From Candidatus Latescibacterota bacterium (GTDB lineage Bacteria > Latescibacterota > UBA2968), in contig JAYODI010000027.1 in assembly GCA_038279365.1 (NCBI GenBank), positions 36,021 through 61,704 on the forward strand: a stretch of DNA of 25,684 nt, in the 5' to 3' direction. A program made the position numbers and the translations under genes. The first letter of the stretch is position 1; each line of letters starts with the position of its first letter. Positions 8,733-17,077 of the stretch are shown here, in pieces. The notes beneath the pieces were generated by a model. That model did no database searches, was not told where the DNA came from, and saw nothing but the letters and a program-made list of their open reading frames with translations.

Positions 8733-9557
8733 ATGAAAATTATCATCTTAGCAACCTTGGGCGCACTCGTTTTACTCGGTGTGGGTGTGTACATTATTTG
8801 GAATTTTTCAGAACGCATTAAAATTGAAAAGCGCACCTATTTCCGCCTCGAAGACCGTTGGTTCTACGGCTTTTTGGGCTACACATCTATCACCGTCACC
8901 ATTTTCTTAATCTTGGTATTACAAACATCACTTACCCAACAAGAAAAAATATTGATCAACACCCAAACACGCTTCCAAGATGAAATGAGTGCCTTTCGCG
9001 ATCGCCTCAGCGAACAGACCGACAAATTATACGGCCAACTCAATGAAAAGGCCCAACTCACAGGTTCAGAAATTGAAGTCCGCGGCAAACTCCGCAATGA
9101 AATGGACCAACACAGGCGTACCCAAGAAGAACTCGACATCGCAAAAGATGCGCTCAACAAAACACAAACGCTCTTTCAATCTACCTATCGCGCTTATGTA
9201 GACAGCCTCAACACCGAGCGTGCGCTACACACGTCCACACAAAATCGTTTGGATCGCGAAATACGCATTCATGCAGAGGCAAGATCAGACCGCGACAAAA
9301 GTTTGCAAAATCTTAGCAAAGCCGAAGAACGCCTCCGTCTGCAAGACCGTCAACTCAAAGACTTAAACACCCTTTTGGATCGGGCACAAGCCAATGCCAA
9401 ACGTGCACAAGAAATCTCAGAACAAGCGGCCAAGCGATTGCTTCAAAAGGCCGATGAACACCAGCAAGGTCTCATGACCATTCAGGCCGCCACAGACACC
9501 ATTTATAAAAAAATAATGAAACACCCGCGTATACCCGAGCCCGAAGCCGAAAAGTAA
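8733..9557 (+). CDS. Membrane-anchored coiled-coil protein (two N-terminal TM segments), unknown function
   Basis: Hydrophobic segments at about residues 3-24 and 44-63, then about 200 aa of Q/E/K/R/L-rich heptad-like helix; AAAAGG upstream. Confidence 0.75.
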   Translation: MKIIILATLGALVLLGVGVYIIWNFSERIKIEKRTYFRLEDRWFYGFLGYTSITVTIFLILVLQTSLTQQEKILINTQTRFQDEMSAFRDRLSEQTDKLYGQLNEKAQLTGSEIEVRGKLRNEMDQHRRTQEELDIAKDALNKTQTLFQSTYRAYVDSLNTERALHTSTQNRLDREIRIHAEARSDRDKSLQNLSKAEERLRLQDRQLKDLNTLLDRAQANAKRAQEISEQAAKRLLQKADEHQQGLMTIQAATDTIYKKIMKHPRIPEPEAEK

Positions 9558-9569
9558 AACAAATTTCCC

Positions 9570-9598
9570 TTGATTGCCCATCCTTTTGCGCGTATCTT
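9570..9598 (+). promoter_or_regulatory. Possible sigma-70-type promoter
   Basis: TTGATT (9570-9575), 17 nt, TATCTT (9593-9598), about 50 nt upstream of GTG 9648. Confidence 0.4.
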
Positions 9599-9647
9599 AC
9601 ACGCCAATTACTCAAAGTCTTTTACCGTTTGAATTTTGGAGGTTCCA

Positions 9648-10478
9648 GTGGAAAACAACAGGCGCATCATTTTGGTCGTCGGTGCCGCCGCCGTCGTGCT
9701 TGCCATTATATTATACATTGCATTTTTACCAGAAGGAGAAGGTCCACTCCAAGAAAGCAACCCACGTGTTGCCCAATTGGAACAAGAAGTGGAGCTTTAT
9801 ACTTCGCAAATAGATTCGATGAATGCCGTTTTTGATGCACTCAACAACCGTTTTGATTTGGTGCGCACCCAAATGGACAGCGCCAGGGCGTCCAACAAAG
9901 TCTTGCTGGCCTCTTTACACCGCGTTACACGGGAAATGAACGAGTACAAACGGCTTTATAAAGAACAAAGCACCCTCAACGATCAATTGCGTACAGAAAT
10001 TACCAATGTCAAAACCGAGCGTGATCGGGCCCTCACACAAGCGCAAGTGTTAAAAACCGCCGTTGACAGCCTCAATAACGAATTGTACAACCAAACCATC
10101 AGCCTCACCCGCCTCGAATCCACACTTGAAGAGGCATTGGGTGAAAGCAAAGACCTTAAAAAAACTGTCAACTCTGTGTTGGTTTATGTGGGAACAGAAG
10201 ACGAACTCAAACAACAAGGCTACCTCAACACATCGCGTTTCATTCGCAAAAATTATAAAGTAGCCGGTTTCCCAGATTTAGATAACGCCAAAGTCCTCCG
10301 CATTCCTGTTGGTGAAACCTTTACCTTACAAGGTGAGCTAAAAGAATTGTGTGACCGCCACGGCAAATTGGGCAAAGGCGACGAATTTGAACTCAGCACA
10401 GGCGCACAAGGGCAATCCATCATCTCCTTCACCGATGAGCTTTTAGTGGGGCAACGTATTCTCGCCGTCATTAAGTAA
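9648..10478 (+). CDS. Single-pass membrane coiled-coil protein with C-terminal beta domain, resembling the Bacteroidota Cbp1-like family
   Basis: GGAGG 5 nt before GTG 9648; NNRR plus hydrophobic TM, long coiled coil with IDS.N/VDSLN, then NSVLVYVGTEDELKQQGYL motif and a beta-rich C-terminus. Confidence 0.65.
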   Translation: MENNRRIILVVGAAAVVLAIILYIAFLPEGEGPLQESNPRVAQLEQEVELYTSQIDSMNAVFDALNNRFDLVRTQMDSARASNKVLLASLHRVTREMNEYKRLYKEQSTLNDQLRTEITNVKTERDRALTQAQVLKTAVDSLNNELYNQTISLTRLESTLEEALGESKDLKKTVNSVLVYVGTEDELKQQGYLNTSRFIRKNYKVAGFPDLDNAKVLRIPVGETFTLQGELKELCDRHGKLGKGDEFELSTGAQGQSIISFTDELLVGQRILAVIK

Positions 10479-10491
10479 AACCAGATTATCC

Positions 10492-10534
10492 AAATAAAAA
10501 AGCCCAGAGCGTAACGCTCTGGGCTTTTTTATTT
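10492..10534. terminator. Bidirectional intrinsic terminator between convergent genes
   Basis: aaataaaaaagcccagagcg-taa-cgctctgggcttttttattt, perfect 20-bp stem with A/T tracts on both sides. Confidence 0.92.
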
Positions 10535-10558
10535 ATGAGACATCTCTTAAGCACATCC

Positions 10559-10981
10559 TCACCACAAATGCACAAACACTGCCGGTCTTACCTTCTGTCC
10601 TGTAGGAGCCGTCGATAACAGAGAATCGGCATATGCCGCATCATTCACCATTTGCTCCCGACTGCCCCCTTTTAAAAAGAGATGCAAGTTGCGGTCGGGT
10701 TGTGCCACCAAACCATCCACCGTTTTTTGCAGCTCACCCGGCTGCAACATCCGCTTTACCGAACGGCCATCCTCCGAAAACCCCAACCCTTTTGGGGTAT
10801 AAACAATCACCACATCTCCCTCATCAGGGTCATGGTGATGAACACGCCACACGGGTTGCGACACATTCAATATCATAATGCCCAAACACAACATCAACAT
10901 CATAATACCCAAAAACAGCTCTTTGCTCACATCGTGTTCTTCGGCATCAGAAGTTGCGCGTTGCAAAAAACGCCCACGCAT
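10559..10981 (-). CDS. Atypical ExbD/TolR-like single-pass membrane protein
   Basis: ATG 10981 overlaps the upstream TAA (TAATG) with GGAGG RBS; basic N-terminus MRGRFLQR, acidic stretch, TM LFLGIMMLMLCLGIMIL, small alpha/beta domain (ELQK.V..L...PDRNLHL.LKG); directly follows an ExbB-like gene. Confidence 0.6.
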   Translation of the reverse strand: MRGRFLQRATSDAEEHDVSKELFLGIMMLMLCLGIMILNVSQPVWRVHHHDPDEGDVVIVYTPKGLGFSEDGRSVKRMLQPGELQKTVDGLVAQPDRNLHLFLKGGSREQMVNDAAYADSLLSTAPTGQKVRPAVFVHLW

Positions 10982-11799
10982 TACCCTTGCCTCCCATCCA
11001 GTGCCGATTCGCGCATCGCCAGCCATTTGCGTTCCAAATCAGCCATGCGCCCCAACAACACATCAAAGGTTTTGCGCAAAGGCAAATACGTAAGCAACGC
11101 AACCAATGTGGTCTGAAATGCCAACACCAAACCGCCAGCCATATCGCGTAAAACTTTAAATGTTTCGGTGGCTTCGTCCAAATTGGTCAATCCTTCGGCC
11201 ATCAATAAAATACCACACACTGTGCCCAAATATCCATAAAAAGGAATACGCGTCAATGCACGTTGCCCAGCAAACAATCGGTCACCCAACACCACCATCA
11301 AGTCATCCAACGCTTCATCATCACGCGCTTTCAAATCGGCGTATCCATCGCGGCTTTGTCGCAACATGTCCACATGTTGCACCCGCAATATGGTTAAGGT
11401 GTTTTTTTGGTTTTTCTTATTGTTTTCCATCAAGGCCTGATCTTCACGGTCTAAACGCAACCACACATGAACCAACAACATCACATGCGTCATTGTCGCA
11501 GCCAAAATAAGCACATAAGACATCCGCCCGATCCATTCTACCCACCCAGCACCACCTGGGGCAAACAAATAATAATATATGATAATCCCCGCAACACCAG
11601 CACCTGCCAAACCCCCAGCAACAGCCCCAATCAGATTGCCATATTCACTTGGCAAACCATATTGCTTTTCATAACTACAAATCACCTCCATGCGTTGCAT
11701 CAAAATCAACGCACCCGCCATCGCACAAACAGCCCAAAACAACACCGAAGACAACAATTCTATCCCACTCAATGTAATTCTCCCCAAAAAACTACGCAT
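10981..11799 (-). CDS. MotA/TolQ/ExbB proton channel family protein with extra N-terminal TM helices
   Basis: IPFYGYLGTVCGIL and GGLVLAFQTTLVAL match the family P..G.LGTV.G and G...A..TT signatures; three additional hydrophobic helices. Start is ATG 11799 or TTG 11811, both overlapping the upstream gene's end. Confidence 0.8.
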   Translation of the reverse strand: MRSFLGRITLSGIELLSSVLFWAVCAMAGALILMQRMEVICSYEKQYGLPSEYGNLIGAVAGGLAGAGVAGIIIYYYLFAPGGAGWVEWIGRMSYVLILAATMTHVMLLVHVWLRLDREDQALMENNKKNQKNTLTILRVQHVDMLRQSRDGYADLKARDDEALDDLMVVLGDRLFAGQRALTRIPFYGYLGTVCGILLMAEGLTNLDEATETFKVLRDMAGGLVLAFQTTLVALLTYLPLRKTFDVLLGRMADLERKWLAMRESALDGRQG

Positions 11800-13033
11800 C
11801 ACGCCGAACAATACTTTTCCAGTTTAAAATAACATATAGCACATAAATACCCAAAATAACCGTAGGGATGAGCAACCCCAACCGCGCATGACGTCCAAAA
11901 CCACCACCACCCGCGTTCCCCACCCCACCTTCACCTTCAAGGTTTGAAGTTCCCGACACGCCTTTTTTACCGTCACTTTGTCCTTTTTCTTTTGCAATTC
12001 CTCGGTCTTCTGGTGGTTTGTAATCTTGCGTGCGATCGCCCTGATCACCCGATGTGGCAATCAAACCGCCATCCGTCAAATTTGCTGCCACCTCTCCTTT
12101 TAGCAAACGTTTGTCAGGATAAATCAACACCTGTTGTTCAGCTGGCAAGTCTTGCGACCAATGGCGCACCTTTTCCGAAATTGGCTCCGACATCGCTTCC
12201 TTTAAAGGCCCAGCTTTCCCCAATGTCAAACCAACCGACCGAACACTTTGCCCCAAAAATGTTGGAATAGGCATCTGCGCATCGGGGGAAGCCTTCAGCT
12301 CATTCAACAACGTTTCACGACGGGCTTGCAAAATCGAAAGCTGTTTGATAAAGTCATGATAATTCATTTCACGCTTTTGTGATCGCTCGGGGGCGCCTGT
12401 ATCCGTGGCTTGGGCAACAGCGTTTTGAACCGCCGCCTGGTCAAATGTGACAGCCACTTCTACAACACCAAAAACACGTGTGCCCCAAATGGGTTCGGCA
12501 CCAGGAATATCAGGTGATGCATGTGCATACGTGATGGCGATCGCCTGCCCTTCCGCCGATGTCCAACGGTCATTAGAAACCACCACCGGATACAAGGTGC
12601 CTTGCCCATCTCGCAAATACAAACCACACAAAAAACCACTCTCAACCCAATCGGTATCCCAACAACGTGCGCGAATTTGATTTTGTGCCTTTAAGTATAA
12701 ATCGGGCACAACCACTTCAACTGGCGTTAAGCGCGTCTCTCCCACCACAAAGTCATTCAGCCACACACGCGCCTCATCATCGGCCCAAAAAATCATTACC
12801 AAAGACATACCCTCAGGCACAATGCGCTCAGACCGTCCTTCTGGCAACGTGGGTTTTTGAAGCACCTCATCATCCACCTGATGCATTGCACGCACCAAAC
12901 TGTCAATGCCAGCCGACACCAGGTTATATTCACGCCGAAGCGCAAAAAGGGCTTCATCGGCAGCCATGACAGACCCAAAAGAATGCATCGTCACAACACC
13001 CATCAGAAACACGAATCGAATCCATTTATACAT
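11792..13033 (-). CDS. Secreted, C-terminally membrane-anchored protein with lectin/galactose-binding-like beta-sandwich
   Basis: Start at ATG 13033 gives a signal peptide (MYKWIRFVFLMGVV...VMA/AD); WADDEARVWLN...NQIRARC...GFLCGL...VVSNDRW pattern; short coiled coils; Gly-rich linker, TM and basic tail. The ORF-track extension to 13273 overlaps the upstream gene. Confidence 0.65.
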   Translation of the reverse strand: MYKWIRFVFLMGVVTMHSFGSVMAADEALFALRREYNLVSAGIDSLVRAMHQVDDEVLQKPTLPEGRSERIVPEGMSLVMIFWADDEARVWLNDFVVGETRLTPVEVVVPDLYLKAQNQIRARCWDTDWVESGFLCGLYLRDGQGTLYPVVVSNDRWTSAEGQAIAITYAHASPDIPGAEPIWGTRVFGVVEVAVTFDQAAVQNAVAQATDTGAPERSQKREMNYHDFIKQLSILQARRETLLNELKASPDAQMPIPTFLGQSVRSVGLTLGKAGPLKEAMSEPISEKVRHWSQDLPAEQQVLIYPDKRLLKGEVAANLTDGGLIATSGDQGDRTQDYKPPEDRGIAKEKGQSDGKKGVSGTSNLEGEGGVGNAGGGGFGRHARLGLLIPTVILGIYVLYVILNWKSIVRRDA

Positions 13034-13082
13034 AGAGAGATTGGTTTTCACTATAAGAACTATCAAGACACAGCAATGTGAT

Positions 13083-14207
13083 TTAATAATCTGCAAAAGA
13101 ACCATCATCTTCATGCCAAAACATACCACGCAACCGATGGGTATCATCTCGAAGTGCTTCAATGTCAGCATCATCCATATCCACACCCAAACCCGGTTCG
13201 GTGGGCAATTCGATAAAACCATCTTTAAAAACCAAAGGCGTTTTAAAAAGCCCTTCACCTCGCCGATGACCACCTTCGCAGATCAACATGTTTGGCACAG
13301 TAGCCATCACATGCACCGATGCCGCCACACCAATGGGTCCTGCCGCATTGTGCGGTGCAACTGCCATATTGTGAATCTCGGCCATGCCCGCTATCTTTTT
13401 CAACTCCAACATCCCGCCACAGTGGCGAATATCGGGTTGTAAAATGGCGCACATTTCTCGTTCAATCAATTCTCGAAAGCCCCAACGTGTCAAATGCCGT
13501 TCACCCGTTGCAATGGGCACCGTAGTCGATTGCGACAACCCCAACAACGCTTCATTGTTTTCGGGGTGACAAGGTTCCTCGGCAAATAGAGGACGCAACG
13601 GTTCCAATTCTTTAACAAAAATACGCGCCATCGTCGGGCTCAACCGCCGATGCAAATCCACCGCAATATCCACATCGTCCCCCACAGCCTCTCTCACCGC
13701 TGCCACACGCGACACCATAAAGTCAATGGTCTTGGGTGTGTCCACAAACCGCACGGGTCGAGGCGTGGCCCCCATTTTCACCGCCTTAAAACCCTGTGCT
13801 ACGGCCTTCTTTGCGTTTTCTGCACATTCTTCAGGCGTTGTACCCCCTGTGCCCGTATAAACCCGAATCCGGTCGCGCACCTTCCCACCCAACAACTGCC
13901 ATACAGGCATGCCTACCTTTTTCCCAAACACATCCCACATGGCCATCTCAATACCGCTTAAAGCCCCCACCAACACCGGCATGCTTCGGCTGTAACTCGA
14001 CCGATACATTGCTTGCCAATGGTCTTCAATTTGCAGCGGGTCTTTGCCCACCAAATAGGTGGCCATATCATCTACGGCCTGAGCCACAACGCGCCAATGC
14101 TCATAATTCATCGGCTCGCCATATCCGGTAATGCCTTCATCGGTAAACATCTTCAACACCATCGCCCGACCCTGAATGGGTATTGTTTCAAATCCTGTAA
14201 TTTTCAT
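13083..14207 (-). CDS. dgoD: Galactonate dehydratase-like enzyme (enolase superfamily, mandelate racemase subgroup)
   Basis: MKIT..ET, TDEGITGYGEP, SGIEMAMWD..GK..GMPVWQLLGGKVRDRIRVY, GFKAVKM, VDLH, AEEP, TGER, QPD, APHN, C-terminal WHEDDGSFADY; AAAAGGA RBS. Substrate is uncertain. Confidence 0.75.
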   Translation of the reverse strand: MKITGFETIPIQGRAMVLKMFTDEGITGYGEPMNYEHWRVVAQAVDDMATYLVGKDPLQIEDHWQAMYRSSYSRSMPVLVGALSGIEMAMWDVFGKKVGMPVWQLLGGKVRDRIRVYTGTGGTTPEECAENAKKAVAQGFKAVKMGATPRPVRFVDTPKTIDFMVSRVAAVREAVGDDVDIAVDLHRRLSPTMARIFVKELEPLRPLFAEEPCHPENNEALLGLSQSTTVPIATGERHLTRWGFRELIEREMCAILQPDIRHCGGMLELKKIAGMAEIHNMAVAPHNAAGPIGVAASVHVMATVPNMLICEGGHRRGEGLFKTPLVFKDGFIELPTEPGLGVDMDDADIEALRDDTHRLRGMFWHEDDGSFADY

Positions 14208-14289
14208 ATCAATAATCCTTTTGAAACCACGAATAAACGCAGATACAAATATGTGTGTCCATCAGTATCATCTGGGATCACAGGTGATC

Positions 14290-15171
14290 TTATTTTTGAG
14301 CATAATTCTTTTGAGCCTCTTGAATCACTTTGGCAATTTCACCAGCAAACCGAATTTGGCTGTCATCTTCAGGCGCATATCCAATCACCTTTCGGGCATT
14401 GTCAATACTCCAAAAACGGTGAGTGTTGCCACTGATGCCAAAGAACACTTGAAACGGTATGCCATTTTCATCTTCAATGTTTTCTGTTTCAATGCTCTTA
14501 ATCACCATCTGTGCCAAATCGCGCCCACTAAAATATGCCCCCAACTCGCGGTGCATTTTCTTTAAACCACTCAGTGCCACCCCAGGTGTCGGCTCTGCCG
14601 ATTGGCCGTCCATAATATTGTCTCGGGGTGCTCCAATGCGAATGTGTACATTTTCCAACCGCTTGCCATCGTTGTTTTTACCCGTTGCAAAAACAAACCC
14701 CAAATGTTCATACGTCGATTTTGCCCAACCATAAAAATTATCCGACAATGGCAACATGTCCGTTGTCGCAAAATCCAGTTTGTCATCCCAAATCAAGCGT
14801 TCATAAAAATCACATGCATGATTTGAACTCATCACAACCAAGCGTTTTACACCCTCCTCCACGCATGTTTGAAAAACATTATAACACATGCGCACATTGT
14901 CCGACTCTTTCCAATAGTCGGTATGATGCCAATCCACAGTACCTTTAAACCCACTGTGTACAACCGCATCTGCACCCTTAAAATGATGCCGATACGCATC
15001 TCGGCTTGCATTTGTCAAATCAACTATTTGTACACCGTCTATTTCTTCACCCGCACTGTTGGCCGTTCTCACATCCAGCAACACCAAATCATATTTTTCG
15101 CGCAACTGTTTCAACATCCGCCCCACCACATATCCCGAAGCTCCAGTAACCACCACTTTTTTCTTTGCCAT
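14290..15171 (-). CDS. NAD-dependent epimerase/dehydratase family (extended SDR), tandem paralog 2
   Basis: TGASGYV, LLDV, SSNHA, SDNFYGWAK, RIGAPR, GISGNTH.FW.I.NARKVIGY.PEDDS; AAAAGGA RBS. Confidence 0.85.
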   Translation of the reverse strand: MAKKKVVVTGASGYVVGRMLKQLREKYDLVLLDVRTANSAGEEIDGVQIVDLTNASRDAYRHHFKGADAVVHSGFKGTVDWHHTDYWKESDNVRMCYNVFQTCVEEGVKRLVVMSSNHACDFYERLIWDDKLDFATTDMLPLSDNFYGWAKSTYEHLGFVFATGKNNDGKRLENVHIRIGAPRDNIMDGQSAEPTPGVALSGLKKMHRELGAYFSGRDLAQMVIKSIETENIEDENGIPFQVFFGISGNTHRFWSIDNARKVIGYAPEDDSQIRFAGEIAKVIQEAQKNYAQK

Positions 15172-15222
15172 AAGTGAAATCCTTTTGTCTATGCTAAAAA
15201 TCCACGTATCTCATCGACACAT

Positions 15223-16077
15223 CTATTCTTTTGAATACGTCTCTTGTGCTTCCAAAATAACTTTCGAAATCTTATCGGCAAACTTGATCTGACTGTCGTC
15301 TTCAGGTTCATAACCAATCACTTTTCGCGCATTGGAAATCGTCCAAAAGTTATGCGTGTTGCCGCTGATGCCATAAAAGATCTGAAATGGCACACCATGT
15401 TTGTTGTCAATATTCTCTGTCTCAATACTTTTTACCACCAACTGCACCTGATCGCGCACACTCAAATAAGCCCCCAAACCACGATGCATGCGTTTTAATT
15501 CATCCGCACGGGCACGATCGATATCCGATTCTCGTGGCCCTCCCACACGCAGTTGTACATTCTCAAGCCGTTTGCCCCCATTCATTAACCCCGTCGCAAA
15601 CGTAAACCCAAGCAATTCATACGATGCTTTGGCCCAGCCATAATAGTTGTCCGACAAAGGATAATCATCGGGCGTTACAAATTCTTTTTTGCCTGCCCAA
15701 ATTAAATTTTCATAAAAATCTGCGGCATGGTTGGAGCTGATCACCACCGCGCGTGGCACACCTTCTTCAATGCACGTTTGATACACGTTAAACGCCATAT
15801 CCACATTGTTCATCTCGGCTTCAAACCGCTCCGAAGGATCTTTGGCTCGCGTAAAACCACAATGCACCACCGCATCTTGTCCTTTAAAGTATTTGCGATA
15901 CTGATCGCGATCTTTATGCAACAAATCAACTACAATTGCCCCTTCTACTTCCACACCCTCACGATTTGTCGTTTTCACATCCAAAATCGTCACATCATAT
16001 CGCTCGCGCAGCGCAGGCAACATGCGCCCTGCCACATAACCCGTTCCGCCCGTAATCAACACCTTCTTTTTGGCCAT
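15223..16077 (-). CDS. NAD-dependent epimerase/dehydratase family (extended SDR), tandem paralog 1
   Basis: TGGTGYV, ILDV, SSNHA, SDNYYGWAK, RVGGPR, same C-terminal block as its neighbour; GAAGGAG RBS. Confidence 0.85.
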   Translation of the reverse strand: MAKKKVLITGGTGYVAGRMLPALRERYDVTILDVKTTNREGVEVEGAIVVDLLHKDRDQYRKYFKGQDAVVHCGFTRAKDPSERFEAEMNNVDMAFNVYQTCIEEGVPRAVVISSNHAADFYENLIWAGKKEFVTPDDYPLSDNYYGWAKASYELLGFTFATGLMNGGKRLENVQLRVGGPRESDIDRARADELKRMHRGLGAYLSVRDQVQLVVKSIETENIDNKHGVPFQIFYGISGNTHNFWTISNARKVIGYEPEDDSQIKFADKISKVILEAQETYSKE

Positions 16078-16106
16078 TCATCTCTCCTTCATACCGACAA
16101 TTGTCT

Positions 16107-16865
16107 CTATAATGGAAAAGGTTTCTCTGTCTTCGCAAAATTACCAAATCGATCCTCACCCCGAAGCAATATCGGTTGCCACGCCTGTTTGATCGAATTC
16201 AAATTGACTTGTTTTGCATATGGCGGAATATACCGAACCGTAAGCGCACAACGCCGGCGGGTAGAACGATTGGGATTACTGGCATGAAACAACTGGCCAT
16301 CATGCACAGACATTTGACCCGCTTTTAATATCACATCAATCGCCGAGCGATCATCCACCAATTCGTCGGGAATTTCTTGATTGATGCTCAGCAAATTCCC
16401 TTCACGCTTCGATTTGTCGTGGGTGGCAATGCCGTTTTTATGCGATTTAGGAATAAACCGCATACATCCATTTTCCACATCGGCATCGTCAATCGCAATC
16501 CAGGCCGTATGTGCAATAGGCGGTTCCAACCCCCAATAAGTGATGTCTTGATGCCATGCCACAAATGCCTTGGCTTCTGGGTCTGCATACTTACAAAAAA
16601 AGTGCGTCGACAAAAGCATCACATCTTCACCCATCAAGGCCTGCATCACATCCAGCACCCGCTTGTCCGTAGCCAGTTGCCAAATAAATGCTTCATCAAA
16701 ATGACGGGCTTGCAAACCAACCTGACATTTCTCTTTGCCTTCGCGTTTTTCCAACGCATCAAAAGCATCGCGATACGCTTTAATTTCTGCATCGCTAAAC
16801 ACATTCACTGGGCTCACAAAACCCTGTTCTTCATACGTTTCTTTTAATGACGTCACAACAGCCAT
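16107..16865 (-). CDS. Phytanoyl-CoA dioxygenase (PhyH) family Fe(II)/2-oxoglutarate dioxygenase
   Basis: YEEQGFVSP, VAWHQD.TYW, TAWIAIDDA..ENGCM.FIP.SH, LKAGQMS.H....FHAS.PNRS.RRR; AAAGGA RBS. Confidence 0.92.
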   Translation of the reverse strand: MAVVTSLKETYEEQGFVSPVNVFSDAEIKAYRDAFDALEKREGKEKCQVGLQARHFDEAFIWQLATDKRVLDVMQALMGEDVMLLSTHFFCKYADPEAKAFVAWHQDITYWGLEPPIAHTAWIAIDDADVENGCMRFIPKSHKNGIATHDKSKREGNLLSINQEIPDELVDDRSAIDVILKAGQMSVHDGQLFHASNPNRSTRRRCALTVRYIPPYAKQVNLNSIKQAWQPILLRGEDRFGNFAKTEKPFPL

Positions 16866-17077
16866 AACCTTATCCTTTCAAAAAGTTGCTCATAAACCTT
16901 GTGGGTATAAAACTATGTGGAATCATCACCCAACGCAACCGCTTTTCAATGCCATAATCTTTCTGCTTCCATCTCACCATTTTCAAATATATCTTGTATC
17001 ACACATCGTTCATATTTATCTATGTGTACCTTCTGTTTATTTATCGTCGCATTTCAATTTTAATTTTTGGAGTTTTC

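Noticed and set aside
10559-11799. Zorya ZorAB or flagellar MotAB assignment
   Set aside because: No long ZorA tail, no OmpA-like peptidoglycan-binding domain in the B subunit, and no ZorC/D/E or flagellar genes nearby.
13034-13273. 80-aa N-terminal extension of the 493-aa ORF
   Set aside because: Overlaps the 3' end of the dgoD-like gene; ATG 13033 gives a clean signal peptide.
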